Notes under the pieces: generated by a model
What the model saw: the letters and a program-made list of their open reading frames with translations, nothing else
Databases searched by the model: none
What the model was told of the DNA's origin: nothing
Program-made: the position numbers and the translations under genes
In this document: piece after piece, positions 31,483-44,139 of the stretch
How the letters are laid out: the number at the start of each line of letters is the position of its first letter
Numbering within the stretch: the first letter of the stretch is position 1
Assembly: GCA_977018835.1 (NCBI GenBank)
Contig: OZ361261.1
Coordinates: 1,736,001 to 1,800,000 of the forward strand
Direction: 5' to 3'
DNA length: 64,000 nucleotides
Source of the DNA: Minutocellus sp. GHC0000111
Taxonomy: Eukaryota

Positions 31483-32379
31483 CTTGCGCTACAGTACATC
31501 AAGCGATGGAAGCCGATTGTGTTAGTTCGTCATGGTCCATGTTGGCGGCCGGGCCGGGGGGGCGAGCGGGCGGGGGGGAGCCAAAATTCGGTCCGAACCT
31601 CGCCGAGCCAAGCGCAAAAAGCTCCCGAATCTTTCATCTCGACGGCGAGAGCAGCCACATGGCATCTCATCAAGTGCTAACGGAACAATGACGACCAGAC
31701 AACGGCACGGCCACGGCCTCTTGCTGGCGTGGAAAACATCATGCAAATCCGCGAGATATTTCATGCGGGTAAAATGAGCGAGAGAATTCGTCTATGTTGT
31801 GTCACAAAAAATGACTGTACCATGGTACCTTTTGGGGGCTCAAGCGCTGGGAAAGTTGTGGTGATTCCAACGGTTCAGCCGATGATTCAAAGATACGGGG
31901 CGAAACATTATTGCGATTGATCGATAAGCGTGCGAGCTGAAGGGTTATCAAATTTGAATATTCGAACCGAAGAATCGTGGTGCCTTGTGTCACGCACGCT
32001 GCCTACAAATGATTATTTGTATGTGGAACGCCTCTCTCTTCGCTGGGCGATAATTGATGAACTTCAGCTTCCCCACGCTCAACGTGCACGAATAAACTAG
32101 GCTTACAGAGGAGAGAACATCGGCGATGATCCAACATCATACTTTGGGCTGTGAATGCTAATGGATCGCAAACGGCATTCAATGGATATGATACAGAAGC
32201 CATGCATTTGACAGTTGTACTTTTGGGCCGACAATCGCTGGAAGACTTGACATTTTTTCAGTGATCACACTTTTCTGTTCTGCACCTACAATCTGGACAT
32301 TCTTCGCCGAAAAAGAACACTAATTCTTTGCCAACACCAAACCATGATAGAAAGACCATCGCTATACACATCTCACAGA

Positions 32380-35192
32380 ATGAAATCAGCAATGATATCA
32401 GCCGTGCAGTTGGCAGCCCTTGTGCTTCTACTTCTACCATCCCAATCCAATGCCAGCTACTCTGATCTGCCGCCTGGCTTCATCAGCAAGCTCATCCCCG
32501 GAACTGGATACGAACCGGTGGCCATCAAAGTAATTCCTGATGGGCGCGTTCTTCTTCTGGAGCACGAAGATACTGGACCTAGTACCGGCAAGGGCATCGT
32601 CCGTGTGGTAGAGAACGATGTAGCTCTTGCGACGCCCATGCTTTCTATCGACGTGGAGAGAGGTGGTGGCATGGAAGGTTTGCACGATGTGGCGCTTCAT
32701 CCCGACTTTTTGGGAGGCAGTCCGTATTTGTACGTCTCTTACACTGCTAGTTCGCCCAACCCCCATAATCGCATATCACGTTGGATAATCGATGGCAACG
32801 AGGCCGTCGACGCTGACGCCGAGGAGGTGTTGATCGAGCTACCTGACTATCCAGGCTCGACGGATACCCATTTTGGCGGAGCCATCGAGTTTAATACTCA
32901 AGATGGTAAGCTCTATGCCACGATTGGTGACCATCAGATACCCACAGCAGTCCAAACTTACGATAATTTGTACGGAAAATTGCTGAGGATGAATGATGAT
33001 GGTTCGATCCCCACAGACAATCCGTACTACGACAAGTTCGATGGCAACCTGAGATTGATTTATGCGACTGGTCTGCGAAATCCGTGGAAAATGGCGTATG
33101 ATGCCGGCCGCGATGCAATGCTTATCAACGATGTTGGTTCAGGACAATGGGAAGAGGTGAACAAGGTATTGCCCAAGGCCAATTATGGGTGGTAAGTCAG
33201 TATGAGCTTCACCTGGATTTCTCCGAAACCAAAAACACAATCAATGAATGTTTCTTACTCACTTGTTATGCTTTCTTCATTCTTTTCCTCATGTTTACAC
33301 CCATCAGGCCCGATTTTGAGGGGCCCGCTCTGACTGACGGCTTCATCGATCCAATCCACTCCTTTAGTCACGAAAATGGAACGCCTCTCTCCTGCGCCAT
33401 CGTCGGTGGGGACGTTTACCAACCGGATATTTTTGCCACCAATACCTTCCCTTCCGCCTACATTGGCAAATTCTTTGCGGCAGATCTGTGTAATAATTGG
33501 GTGTTCACTCTGGATATTGAGACCGGCGAGCTCGAAAAGTTCTATGACGAGTCAGATGCCCTTCCAACTGACAGAAAGGGAGGGAATACTTTGGACCTCC
33601 GATCGTCTCCAGACGGGACATTGTGGCAATTGCGCCGCGACAAGGTCGACGGTATCAATGCTAGTTTTCTCTACAAGATCAAGTACATTGGATCTGGAGC
33701 CCCGTTCATCGGTACTCAACCACAAGATGTATCGACCGTATCTGGAGGCATGGTGTCTTTTGACGTGGAAGCTTTCGGAACAAAGCCCATGTCTTACCAA
33801 TGGATGGCAAACGATGTCGACATTGTAGGAGCTACGAGCTCAACTCTTGAAGTCCTCACAGCGGCTGGTAATGATGGAAACAAATTTAAGAGCCGCGTTA
33901 CGAATGCAGACGGCTCTACCACGAGTGATTCTGCCAAATTGACCATCATACCTGGCACCGCCCCCGTAGGGACAATCACCGCCCCTCTTCCCGGCACTAC
34001 CTATGGAGGAGGAGACATCATCCAATTTTCTGGCTCCGGGATCGATGAAGAGGATGGCGTCCTCGAAGGAAGTGCTTTTAGTTGGACCGTAGAATTTCAT
34101 CATGACGATCATCAGCACCCATTCATCCAAAAACTAAACAACAAAAAATTTTCTCAGTTCGAGGTCCCTGACATCGGCGAGACCAAAACCAACGTCTTCT
34201 TTCGAATCCAGCTCATTCTCACAGATTCCGACGGTGCAACTTCGTTGACATATGTCGACGTCGTGCCCAGAGTGAGACAGCTTACCCTTGAAAGCGATCC
34301 TCCAGGTCTGCAGCTTGCTCTAGATGGGCAGCCTTTCACTTCCCCGATCTATTCGGAGACCGTTGAAGGCGTCCAGCGATACACTACAGCACCGAAGACT
34401 CAAACAGTCGGCGGTAAGACTTACAAGCTGGACGACTGGTCCGACGGAGGAAAGTACACGCACGTTGTGGCACCAAAGAAGGACAAAGTATATACCGCCG
34501 TTTACCGTGAACTCGACATTACACCTACGATATCCCCAGCCCCCACTCCCACCCCTCCAGCACCAACTCCACCACTCGATGTTTCCGGCCTTGGATATTT
34601 GAGATTTACTGGATCCCAGCAGGAATCTGCAGTGGCTTATCTTGACACCAAATCTGAACTGACAGTGGGGAAGCTTGAGCTGTATGTCCATCTCGCTCTC
34701 AAAAAGTGGAAGCCAGACTCTAACCAGGGAATCTATGGAAGTGACAAAGGCATAATGCAGTTGGTAGTGCGTAAGTCAGGAGACTTCAAGCTTACCCTCA
34801 AGGTCGAAGGCAACAGTGTCAAGGTCAAGTCCAAGAAACATGACTTTTCTGATGGAATGCGAAAGTTGATCCGAGTCGAGTACGATGGCGAGACGGGCCA
34901 CGTGTCCTTCTATCATTCCAGCTCTACTCAGAGCAATGCCGCCAACGTTCTTGATTGGGATAAGCTCGGTACTTCCATCACCACAAACCCTGGAATCCTT
35001 CGTTCCATTCGTTCCATTGTTCTTGCCAAGAACAAACCCGGCGCCACTGGCAAATTCCCATTGGCCGGTAATGTCTATGGTTGCATGGTGATTCTGGGTG
35101 GCAATGTTCTGATCAATTCCAACTTCAGCGAGGATGTCCCAGTCGATTGGACCCTGGAGAATGTCTCGTACGTCGCTCCTACGACAGAATAA
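32380..35192 (+). CDS. Secreted PQQ-dependent glucose/sorbosone dehydrogenase-family beta-propeller plus Ig-like and further beta-sandwich domains; intron 33192-33307
   Basis: Signal peptide, GLHDVALHPDF, HFGGAIEF..DGKLY, YGKLLRMNDDGSIPTDNP and GLRNPW. NYGWP is formed across the splice junction. Ig-like TQPQD..YQW. Confidence 0.88.
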
Positions 35193-35295
35193 GGTATTGC
35201 CAAGAGAGAAATTCGACGCAAGAGATCCTACCGCATTCAACGTTTTAGATATAGAGTAAATTTATGTAAAGATAAAGAGTAATGCCTATAGCCTC

Positions 35296-36573
35296 TTATC
35301 TGATGTAGTCAGCCTTGGTCTCCTCTACAAGAACGTCTTCTCCAACCTTACGTGTGGCACTGCCACGATCCAACGGTTTCTGCTGCGACTCATGAGGCGT
35401 CCAACCGATGGCATAGATGATCTGCACGGATGCTTCGACTGAGTCGTTATCGTATACCCCATCGTCCACCTCGAGCTTGTACATGGAATCGTAAATGCAC
35501 GCCGCCGACAAGAAGGCGTCGGTGCCCATCCGTGGTCCCGTTCTGTCTCCGGCATTGGTTGTGCCCCGACGACTGGCACAGGCGTTGCCTTCGCCCATGC
35601 GCTGCAAATGTTCCATCAACACCATGGCATTGGGATAGCCGAGTTTGATGGTATCGATGTCGACCGTGGGGAGGGTAAATCCAGCCGCCGTTAGGAGCGT
35701 TCCCACGTCGGCAAAGTCCACGAACGGCCCCACATGCGTCGACACGCCGCCGTCTCGCTCCATCTCGGCCAGTACCAACGACGATCGGAGCTCACTGAGA
35801 GTGGATCCACCAATCATGGCAAACATGAGGCATCCATCGGGCTTGAGGACGCGCTTGGCCTCGGCCAGCAGACCGGGCAGATCATTGACCCAGTGGATCG
35901 ACGCCGAACTTAGCACCAGATCAAACGTCCCATCGGGAAAGGGCAGCTTGGTCTCCTCATCGGCATGAAGTCGATACGTCGAACATCGATCCGACCCATC
36001 AAAAGAATCGGCATCGTCCTGACCACCGCCAATACCAACGTCGCGATTGAGCATGGCCTCAGACGAATCCAACTGCACCAGCTTGCGCACGCCGCCGATC
36101 CCACTGGGTCCATCGAAGGCGTCGTCGGCGCAGATGGCCCGGTGGACGTATCCCGGTCCCGACCCGATGTCGAGGGCGAGGGGGAACCCACCGTCGCGCC
36201 GAATGTCGTCGAGGCGATCGACGAGGCGGGAGGCGATTTCTTCCCGAAAGTAGTCGTAGTCTACGGCGTCGGAAGATGACGAGGAAGATTCCTTCCACTT
36301 GCGCTGTGCCTGGGCTGCGCCGTCGCGTTGGATTTGCTTGATCCGCCGGTCAAAGGCAAGGACCGTGGAGGATGACGTTTGTTGGCCGTCGTCAGCAATT
36401 GACGAGAAGGATGTTTTGGCATGGGAAGATGCGCTGCAAGTCCAAGTGCGAGGTCGACGGAGAGGAAGTAGCGAAAGGTTAGAAGGGCTAGTGGTAAAGA
36501 TGGCTCTATTAGTAGTAGATGGCCTTGCTGCCAGCATGTGTTGGGCATGCTGGGCTATCCGGCGGGAGATCAT
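35296..36573 (-). CDS. NDUFAF5: NADH dehydrogenase complex I assembly factor 5 (arginine hydroxylase, methyltransferase fold)
   Basis: FDRRIKQIQRD, LDIGSGPG, HWVNDLPG, ELRSSLVLAEMERDGGVS, DID..LGYP..LQRMGEGNA, IGWTPHESQQKPLDRGSA. Mitochondrial-type N-terminus. Confidence 0.93.
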   Translation of the reverse strand: MISRRIAQHAQHMLAARPSTTNRAIFTTSPSNLSLLPLRRPRTWTCSASSHAKTSFSSIADDGQQTSSSTVLAFDRRIKQIQRDGAAQAQRKWKESSSSSSDAVDYDYFREEIASRLVDRLDDIRRDGGFPLALDIGSGPGYVHRAICADDAFDGPSGIGGVRKLVQLDSSEAMLNRDVGIGGGQDDADSFDGSDRCSTYRLHADEETKLPFPDGTFDLVLSSASIHWVNDLPGLLAEAKRVLKPDGCLMFAMIGGSTLSELRSSLVLAEMERDGGVSTHVGPFVDFADVGTLLTAAGFTLPTVDIDTIKLGYPNAMVLMEHLQRMGEGNACASRRGTTNAGDRTGPRMGTDAFLSAACIYDSMYKLEVDDGVYDNDSVEASVQIIYAIGWTPHESQQKPLDRGSATRKVGEDVLVEETKADYIR

Positions 36574-37501
36574 TGCGTTGTATGGACGACGAATGAGGTG
36601 GACACGATACGACGAGTGGGGGATGGAGGCCAAAATAATGACGATATCTATGCTGTATCTTGGGCAAATAAAAAAAGGAGATCAATTTCCATCTTCAATG
36701 GTTCCAATGGAAGACTGAAGGCTTAGACATGGTCGCAACTTCGGCCAACTTGGGTGCTTGACATGGGTGCATCGGGTGCATCGCTCGGCCTTTTCAATCA
36801 AGCAATCGAGCGCGGCAGCGATGGTTGACGGCCAGACCAGCAATAAATTAGTGATAAGAAGCACTAATTTATCTCAAGTTAGTGCCTTTTACCATTCCAC
36901 ATGTATCAGACAGGCGGAGGAACGGGGATCGACAAAAGCAAACAAAGATTATCGCAGGCGTCCGTTTGCTTTTGCGCGCAACGCAACGGTTGGACCGACA
37001 ACTTTCATTTTGTGGTTGTTTTGTGGTTATCAATCGCCGAGACCAAAAATCGCCCAGCATTCTTCGAGTCCTTTAGTGGGATAGAGAGATTGTATCGTGG
37101 AAGAGCCATCGACGGAGATAAGACCCTCGTTCCATATCTTTGTTTCACTTCAGCCTCCATTTGCTTTTTGTCGGCACATACCACATATCTTGTTCTCTTT
37201 TTCGGAGTGTCCTTGTAAAGACAGAATCCAGATCTTGGGATTGATTCCGTCGACGTGGAGTTGGTCTACCGAGGAAGTTTCTTCCACAAACAACGGCCGC
37301 AACGCACACACACACATACAGTGCGATCGAATTCGTTTAGGTGCATTTATCGTGCAAACGAACGGAGATACGTCCATCGGTCTTGCAAGATAAGCATCTT
37401 CTCCTTTTGCAGATCCACAAACCACAAAAAGAAAACGACACGAAACGACCAGTAGTCGTTAGCATACAGAACGAACGAACACACCAAACCATCCCAAGGC
37501 C

Positions 37502-39911
37502 ATGCCGCATCTGTACCAGCAACCACCCGCCCAGGACCACCAGCAGCACCCCGCGGGGTATCATCACGGAGGAGCAGTCCCGCCGCCGCAGACGGCCGGC
37601 GCCCCTCAACCGGCACAGCACCTGATGACCATGCTGCCCCCGCCCCACGCTTCTGCAACCCAGCAACAAGCAGCAGCGGCACAGCATCCGCAGATCACAC
37701 CGCCTCATCCCTACTCGACCAACCCGTACGGAGTATCGGCCGCTAGCAGTGCTCCTGGTAGTGCCCCTGCCGCAATCCCGCCGTCGATGGCCATGCACCC
37801 GTACCACGCGGCGGCGTACCAGGCTGGATTCGCCTCGGCGCAGGCCCACGCGGCCCAGCACGTGGCCAACCTCCAGGCGGCCCAGGCACAGCATGCACAG
37901 CACGCCCAGATCCACGCGGCCATGTACGGCATCCCAGCTACTGCAGCGGCTGCCGCTGGTCAGCAGCAGCACCACCACCCTCATCATCACGCACATCTGC
38001 CGTACCGTCCCTCGGCCGTGCCCCCCTCCAGCCTCGCGGGCCAAGATGCGTCGGTAACCATCTCTCCAGGAATCAAGCGGGAGGACAGCGGCAGCATTGC
38101 CGGTATGGACAACAGCGACGGCCGGGCCAGCGCCGAGGACATTGCCGTCAGCGCCCTGTCGATGCTGTGCGGCGCCGCGTTGGGAGAGGTCAAGGTGAAG
38201 AAGGAGGAGGATGTCGACGAGGCAGAGATGCAGAGCCAAACCAAGGTGGGGGGTGCCGTGCGGGTGGAGGGTTCGCCCAGCTTTGTCGAGGAGAGCAAGA
38301 AGACGACGACGGATGGCGCAGCTGCGGTTACGGCTCCGGCCGCTTCTGCCGCCGCGGCGCAAATCTCTCCCGCCTCCACCGTCGGCAGTGCCGGTGCCGA
38401 GGGTACCCCCTCAGAGAGTGTCAAGCAGGTGGTGGTGGTGGATCATGCAGCAGCTGGAGTCACAGCCGGCGCTTCCGCTGCCACCGGCAAGCCGGTGCCA
38501 CACTTTCCTTCTCTCCTGCACGACGTCTTGACGAATTCTCGTCATGCCGGATCGGTGCTGGAATGGCTCCCCCACGGACAGGGGTGGAGGGTTTTGCGAT
38601 GGGATGAGATGGCCCGGACTGTCCTGCCCGAGCATTTTCCTCAGTTTTGTTCCAGTTCGGCGGCGACAAAGGAGGATACAACCAGTACCAGTGAGAAGAA
38701 CAAAAAGGAGAAGGAGGAGGACGGAGGAAACGGAGACAATGCCAATACCAAGACCAAGGCGAAGCAGCTGAGAAGGAAGCCACCGATGTTGCCGCTGAGG
38801 CCCAAGGCCGAGGAAACCTCCTCAAAGGGAGCAGGCGACGGTGACGTCAATGCCTTCCTTTCGCACGTACGGGCCTGGGGCTTCCAGGAGGTTCGAGATG
38901 GTGGGGCGGATATGGGCTCGTACCGACATGCGGTGAGTGTTGAAGTTGAATTACTTCCTTACTTTCTCTAGGAACTAATCATGATGATTCGTGCATGTTT
39001 ATGTATTGCATTCCTAAACATTCTGCTCACCAACAATGCACAACATGTGACCTTTTCCCTCTCATAATCATTTTCATATCTATTCATAGCTTTTCCTCCG
39101 AGGCAACCCCAACCTAAGCCTTCAGATGCGCCTCCTGAATGGACAACGGCCCTATGCGCCATCGGCAGTATCAATGGACACCGCGGATGCACCCATCGCC
39201 TCTCTGCAGGTCCCATCGCTCCTCAGTTCGGCCTCCTCCGGATCCATGGCCGACAAGCGCAAGATTGGTCAGACCGTGTCAAGAGACTCGCACGGATCGC
39301 CGTCGACAAAGCGTGGGCGATTCGCTTCCATGCCCGCCCAGCAACATCCACAGATGCTCCTTCACAATGGCATGGGCCAGATATATGTAGGTGGTGCTGG
39401 TGCCATGCAGATGGCTCCTCATCAGCCATCGTCGCTCATGTTTGCATACAATCCCACCAACGGCGCTGCCGCTGGTGCCCAGGGCATCCCCATGCGTAAG
39501 ATATCCGACGCAAACCTTCCAAAGTATCCCGGCGCACCTGCTCCTGGAGCTATTTTCCGCGGCGCCACAACCAGCGTTGTCACTGGAGGAAGGGTAAGTA
39601 TGCGCGGCCGAAGCCGAGGAGTTGCAGCCCCGGCTCCAGCGATGCCCATGGCTTCTCTGCAGATGGCTCAGCACCCTGCCTTGGACCGACGCGATGAGAT
39701 GGAGCATCGCGCCCCCGCCCCGGCTGTCCGAGCCAACTTTCCTGTCTCGACTCGAGGCCGAGCGGGAAGGAAGGGCCCTGTGAGAGCTCCCATCCCCAAC
39801 ATCGCAAGCCACGGCTCGGAGGCTGCCGATGCCATGATGATGATGATGAAAGGTGTGAGCTCGGTCTCAACTGGCTCGGCCTCGGCGCCGTCAAGCGACG
39901 AAAGGAAGTAG
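37502..39911 (+). CDS. Heat-shock-factor (HSF-type DNA-binding domain) protein; intron 38933-39089
   Basis: FPSLLHDVL..WLPHGQGWRV..VLPEHF...F..HVRAWGF...YRHA|LFLRGNPNL..QMR; the domain is completed by splicing. The N-terminus is Q/A/H-rich. Confidence 0.85.
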
Positions 39912-40151
39912 GAGGAAGCACCATTGAAATCATATCTGCTGGAGAGGAACATATCAAGCGGTATGGTGAAAGCTTGTAGCTTCATACCAGTACCGATAAA
40001 TGTAGCTAATACTAAACAAAGCCTTTTGTTATCACTTACCAATTCTCTATCATTTGTTATAAAATACAATGTATCTCTAAATCCGCTTTGAAGTCTCCGA
40101 TCTCCCTCGACTAGACAAATACACTTCTATAAATCACGCAACAAGCACTCT

Positions 40152-42696
40152 TCAAGGGAACATATTGATATGATCGCCTTCGTTCTTCTCAAATTTCCAC
40201 CTTTGGACATCAGATCCATTGCATCGCTCAAACGTTACGGGCAAGCGAAGATACTGGAGGCTACGGAGACCCGAGAGACGCCTTCCAGTGCCAGACATCA
40301 TACAGAGATCGGCAGAAATTACAGGCGTGATTTCATTGCTCTGTTCAAAAACAAATTGCTGGCTCTGCTTACTACGGTCACAGTAGCGCAGCTTTACTTC
40401 AGCCCCATTGGCATAGGACATAACTTGCACACAGTAGAGAGTATAGTCCTTGAGAAAAAGCTGGCCCAATTCATTAGTTGCCCAGTCCTGAAAGACATTG
40501 AAGAAAGATGATCAAATAGAATAAAATCATTCAAGTAAGTCACATTTTCCTCGCTCAAGGCGTGCAATGGTTCACACTCCGGCTCTAGATGTACTACATG
40601 TACATGTACTAATCGTACCTGCTTTTGGTCGTTCTGTTGGCAATCGGTATAGATCACATGGGAATTAAGCGAAGGAGACAAGACAGCGAGACACTTTTCC
40701 ACATCAGTAGCGGCGTTCTTTTGCATGCTGACAATATGAACCTTATTATAGTGATTCTTCGCGCTAATTTCATGATCATAGATATTCACATCGTAAAAAG
40801 TCCACGTCGCAGCATTTGCACATGGTGTGAGCTCGACAACATCGTTGGGGGAAATGCTAAGCGAAGATGTGGCATATGTCATGCAGAGGCCACTTGTACC
40901 AGCCCTGATCGTATTGGTATCGTAAGTCCAGAGTTTACGGTTAAGAACGTCACATTTTTGTAGAAATACGTCTTTTCCGGACGAAAGAGAGTCCACGTCG
41001 GCACAGACACCTGAGGTATCGTTGGGAGGGAAGGGAAGAAGAAGAGAATGATTAATGGGTAGATTTACACTCTCAAGCCACAAGTAATCCCTCAAGTGCT
41101 TTCAATATTTCACATGTACCTCGTCTACATATATATATACGAATGTATCTGCCAGCACTCACCTGGATTCAGTTTGGGATAAAGGGCCCCTGTTGAACTT
41201 AATGCCCATTTCTGCTTGTCATCATCTTTGTGGCAATCGTCGATTTTCAGAAGTCCATTTATACCGGCGGAAGTGATGGTAATGCAGAATCTGCGGTCAT
41301 CATCTGCCACAATCATTTGATCACCCGGTGGGCCATCAATCGTGCATGGATACTCTTCAGGAGGGTATTGATCTTTCTTGGTCCGTGCCCACAATTGGCG
41401 GCAACTCTTTGTGCACTCATCAAGGACGATCGGTTTACCGCTGTCCGTGCCTCCAAGGAATGACAGACAAACTAAATTGTCCACGCTCAAATGGAATTGT
41501 TCGTCAAAGATATGGTGGTCGAATTTCTGTTCATCGATTGTACTCGAGCAGGGCTGGAGACTGATCTGCTCCCCTTCCTTACGGCCTTTCGCCTGGGCAC
41601 AGAGAGATCCATGGGTCACGGGTTTCAATTGCTTGGATACATATTCCCAGTAGAAGCTATTATCCAATGTGTCGCAGTAGTCGAGTTCTAGGCGGTTTCC
41701 AACCTTGGTGTGGTGACCTTCCAAACCAATACAATAATCAGTATTGGTTCGGAGGACGAGAAGGTGATCATTATTCGATGTGCTCGATGACCAGTCTTCC
41801 TTGTCCATAAGTTCCCATTGAAGCCGATTGTTCGTGGAAGAACAAATTGGATCGGTTAAAATGTAGCTGCCGGCTACTGGGGTCGATGCACCATAGCGCA
41901 TGCAATCGAGGGACCCTTTGTTTTGAAGCATCACGCTGTTCGAGCTACCGCCTCCACTAATTGCGTACCAGACTTGATCTCCGGGGGTCGGGTCGTTGCA
42001 CGTCCGAAGGCGGAGTTTACCGCTTGTACTAGGAGCGTCAACGCACAAACCGAGGTCTTTGTAGGGTCGGAGAGTGCCCCCTTCCACCAAGCGAAATAAC
42101 TGAGTCTTGTCCGTGCTGCTGCATGCCTGTAGCTCAAGGTATTCATTATTCTTGACATTCGAGCTCTGGATGCCTATGCAATAGTTGTTGTCCGAGTCTA
42201 GGACAATCAGTTGATACCGTGTCACGGCCCACACGAATTTGTCTGCATTGGGAACTCCAGTAGCATTTGGGCATGAATCAGCCCAAACAAGGTCACCAAT
42301 ATTTGGGTCCTTGGCTGGATAGGTAATGCAAACCTTGGCGCTGTCGGTATGAATCGTTTTCATAGCATGTGGGTCGTGGTCCCAGTTGTTAGGAGGAGAA
42401 GGGAGAAAGCTGTAGCACGGTGCGACCTTGAGCGGGTCAGGAAAAGAAGTCGGTGCTGTTGCACAAAGCTGAGGGGTAGAGACCGTCTTCCATCGCCCCC
42501 CGGGGTTGAATTCCCAATCCTGATCTGGATTACCACCTTGGCAGGCCGCCAGCTCCACATCTTTACTGCTCAACACGTGCGCAGCACATATTTTCTCGTC
42601 TTCCCTCAAAACTATTTGGTCAGACGTCAATGCATCCGTGAGGACAAAGATCGAACCTGTCGCCAAGAGGAGGGCAACAGCAAGTCTTTTCTTCAT
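40152..42696 (-). CDS. Secreted multi-domain ricin-type beta-trefoil (QxW) lectin; 3 exons (42696-41163, 41010-40619, 40487-40152), ~753 aa
   Basis: Signal peptide and many C-hydrophobic...L..C....Q.W/F repeats (QDW, QLF, QVW, QKF, QLW, QKW, QRW). Canonical introns restore the frame. Confidence 0.85.
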
Positions 42697-43414
42697 GAAA
42701 ATCTTTTGCGTATCTTGAGTAGATTTAGCACGATGTATTGATTGAATAAGTCGAACGAATGAGGCGTAATCTGCAGTTGAATATGTTGTTGTGATCTAAA
42801 GAGGAAAGAAACGCTGCATGAGAAATGGCCGTGGCAGCCGATGTTATCTGTATTGCAGGTGTATCTGTGGTCGATAACGAGAGAACAAATCGTCGATGAT
42901 AAATACAAACGCAACAAAATATTTTTTGGTGCGCTGTGCTGCCTTTTCTTTACACCGCACGGCTCAAGCATGTCATGCATATCTTGACGTACCTTTTTCG
43001 TTTTTTTTTTTTAAATGAGGCAGGCGGCTCTTCTTTTGACAACTGTTTCGCATCGGCTTCGCATGGCCGCTGCTCGAAGAATCAAGACGAACAGAACGTG
43101 AATCATGCAAATTGAGACGGCCCTTTCTCTGGCGTCAATTGTGCGAACCGCGTTGATGCGAACCCAAACGAGGCCATTGCATCAGCAGATGATACCAAGT
43201 AACACAACAGCCCCAGCGGCCAGTAGCGACAAGTAACCATTGAGTCCATCGGTCAGCACAGAAAAATGCAGAGATGCATGCAGTTATTTGTCCCCACCTG
43301 ATATTCAAATCAAATCTTGTTCTCTAGAGCTCTAGATCTAGATATACCGGCAGATCTACTCTGGATCAAGGATCAAGCTACTTGATAGATCTAGTAACTA
43401 GAGTAAATGCCATG

Positions 43415-43886
43415 TTAAGAAATGGGTACGATTAAGAAATGGGGTGTCTGTCCAGAGCCCTCCCTCCCATGCTTCTACTAGTAAAAAAGTGCAGTTATCG
43501 AAATATTTTTCTGGGGGGCGTTTGATAGCTCGCTGGATTCAGCTCGTTGAGAGGAGCTCAAATCCGGTGAGCTTTTGGAAATCTGAGGACTGGGGGGGGA
43601 AAGTTATGTGCGTCTTTGTAAGTTCAGTATGCCTGCTAGCTTCTACTAGCAATGCTTTTACACGGTAAAGTTAGTATTTCTTAATTGGGCAGTTTCAGAA
43701 ATCGTCTGGCGATGCCGAAAAATCGAAGCACTGCAAAACTCATCGACGACATGGAATTTTTCCGCAGTTCAAAATTTTCTCTTGATCTACTCATCAAGAG
43801 CTATCCAAAACCGTGCCATTTGCGACGATTCGACGAATGCTCGTGTGCTTGTAGCATTTTCTATTTTCAATTTCTTAATTAGACAT
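43415..43886. mobile_element. Candidate MITE-like non-autonomous DNA transposon
   Basis: TTAAGAAAT occurs twice forward (~43416, ~43432) and twice inverted (~43676, ~43870). Imperfect terminal inverted repeats, non-coding, preceded by TAGATCTA palindromes. Confidence 0.3.
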
Positions 43887-44139
43887 TTACTCTACAGTCC
43901 GTACATGTAGTCTTGAAACCGCCATTGATGCAATTCAATTCGCCGAAGCATGCAATTTGTGTTGGAGAGAGTGACACACGGCACACGAAACATAGGAATT
44001 CCCAATGCGCCTTTCCAAGGTTGTCCATTTATTATGATGGCGCAGTACCTGGTACAGTAATACCAGCACAGCAACGTGCGTGTAGAATAAAAACAATTTA
44101 CAACATATTTATGCCGAGATAAAATAAATAAATAGCTAG

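Noticed and set aside
31548..31580. G-quadruplex-like tract upstream of the kinase-like gene (also the G13 run at 15491-15503)
   Set aside because: G-tracts are present, but nothing in the sequence supports a function, and homopolymer lengths are unreliable in this assembly.
32380..35192. Bacterial contaminant segment
   Set aside because: The gene contains a canonical spliceosomal intron and is flanked by eukaryotic genes.
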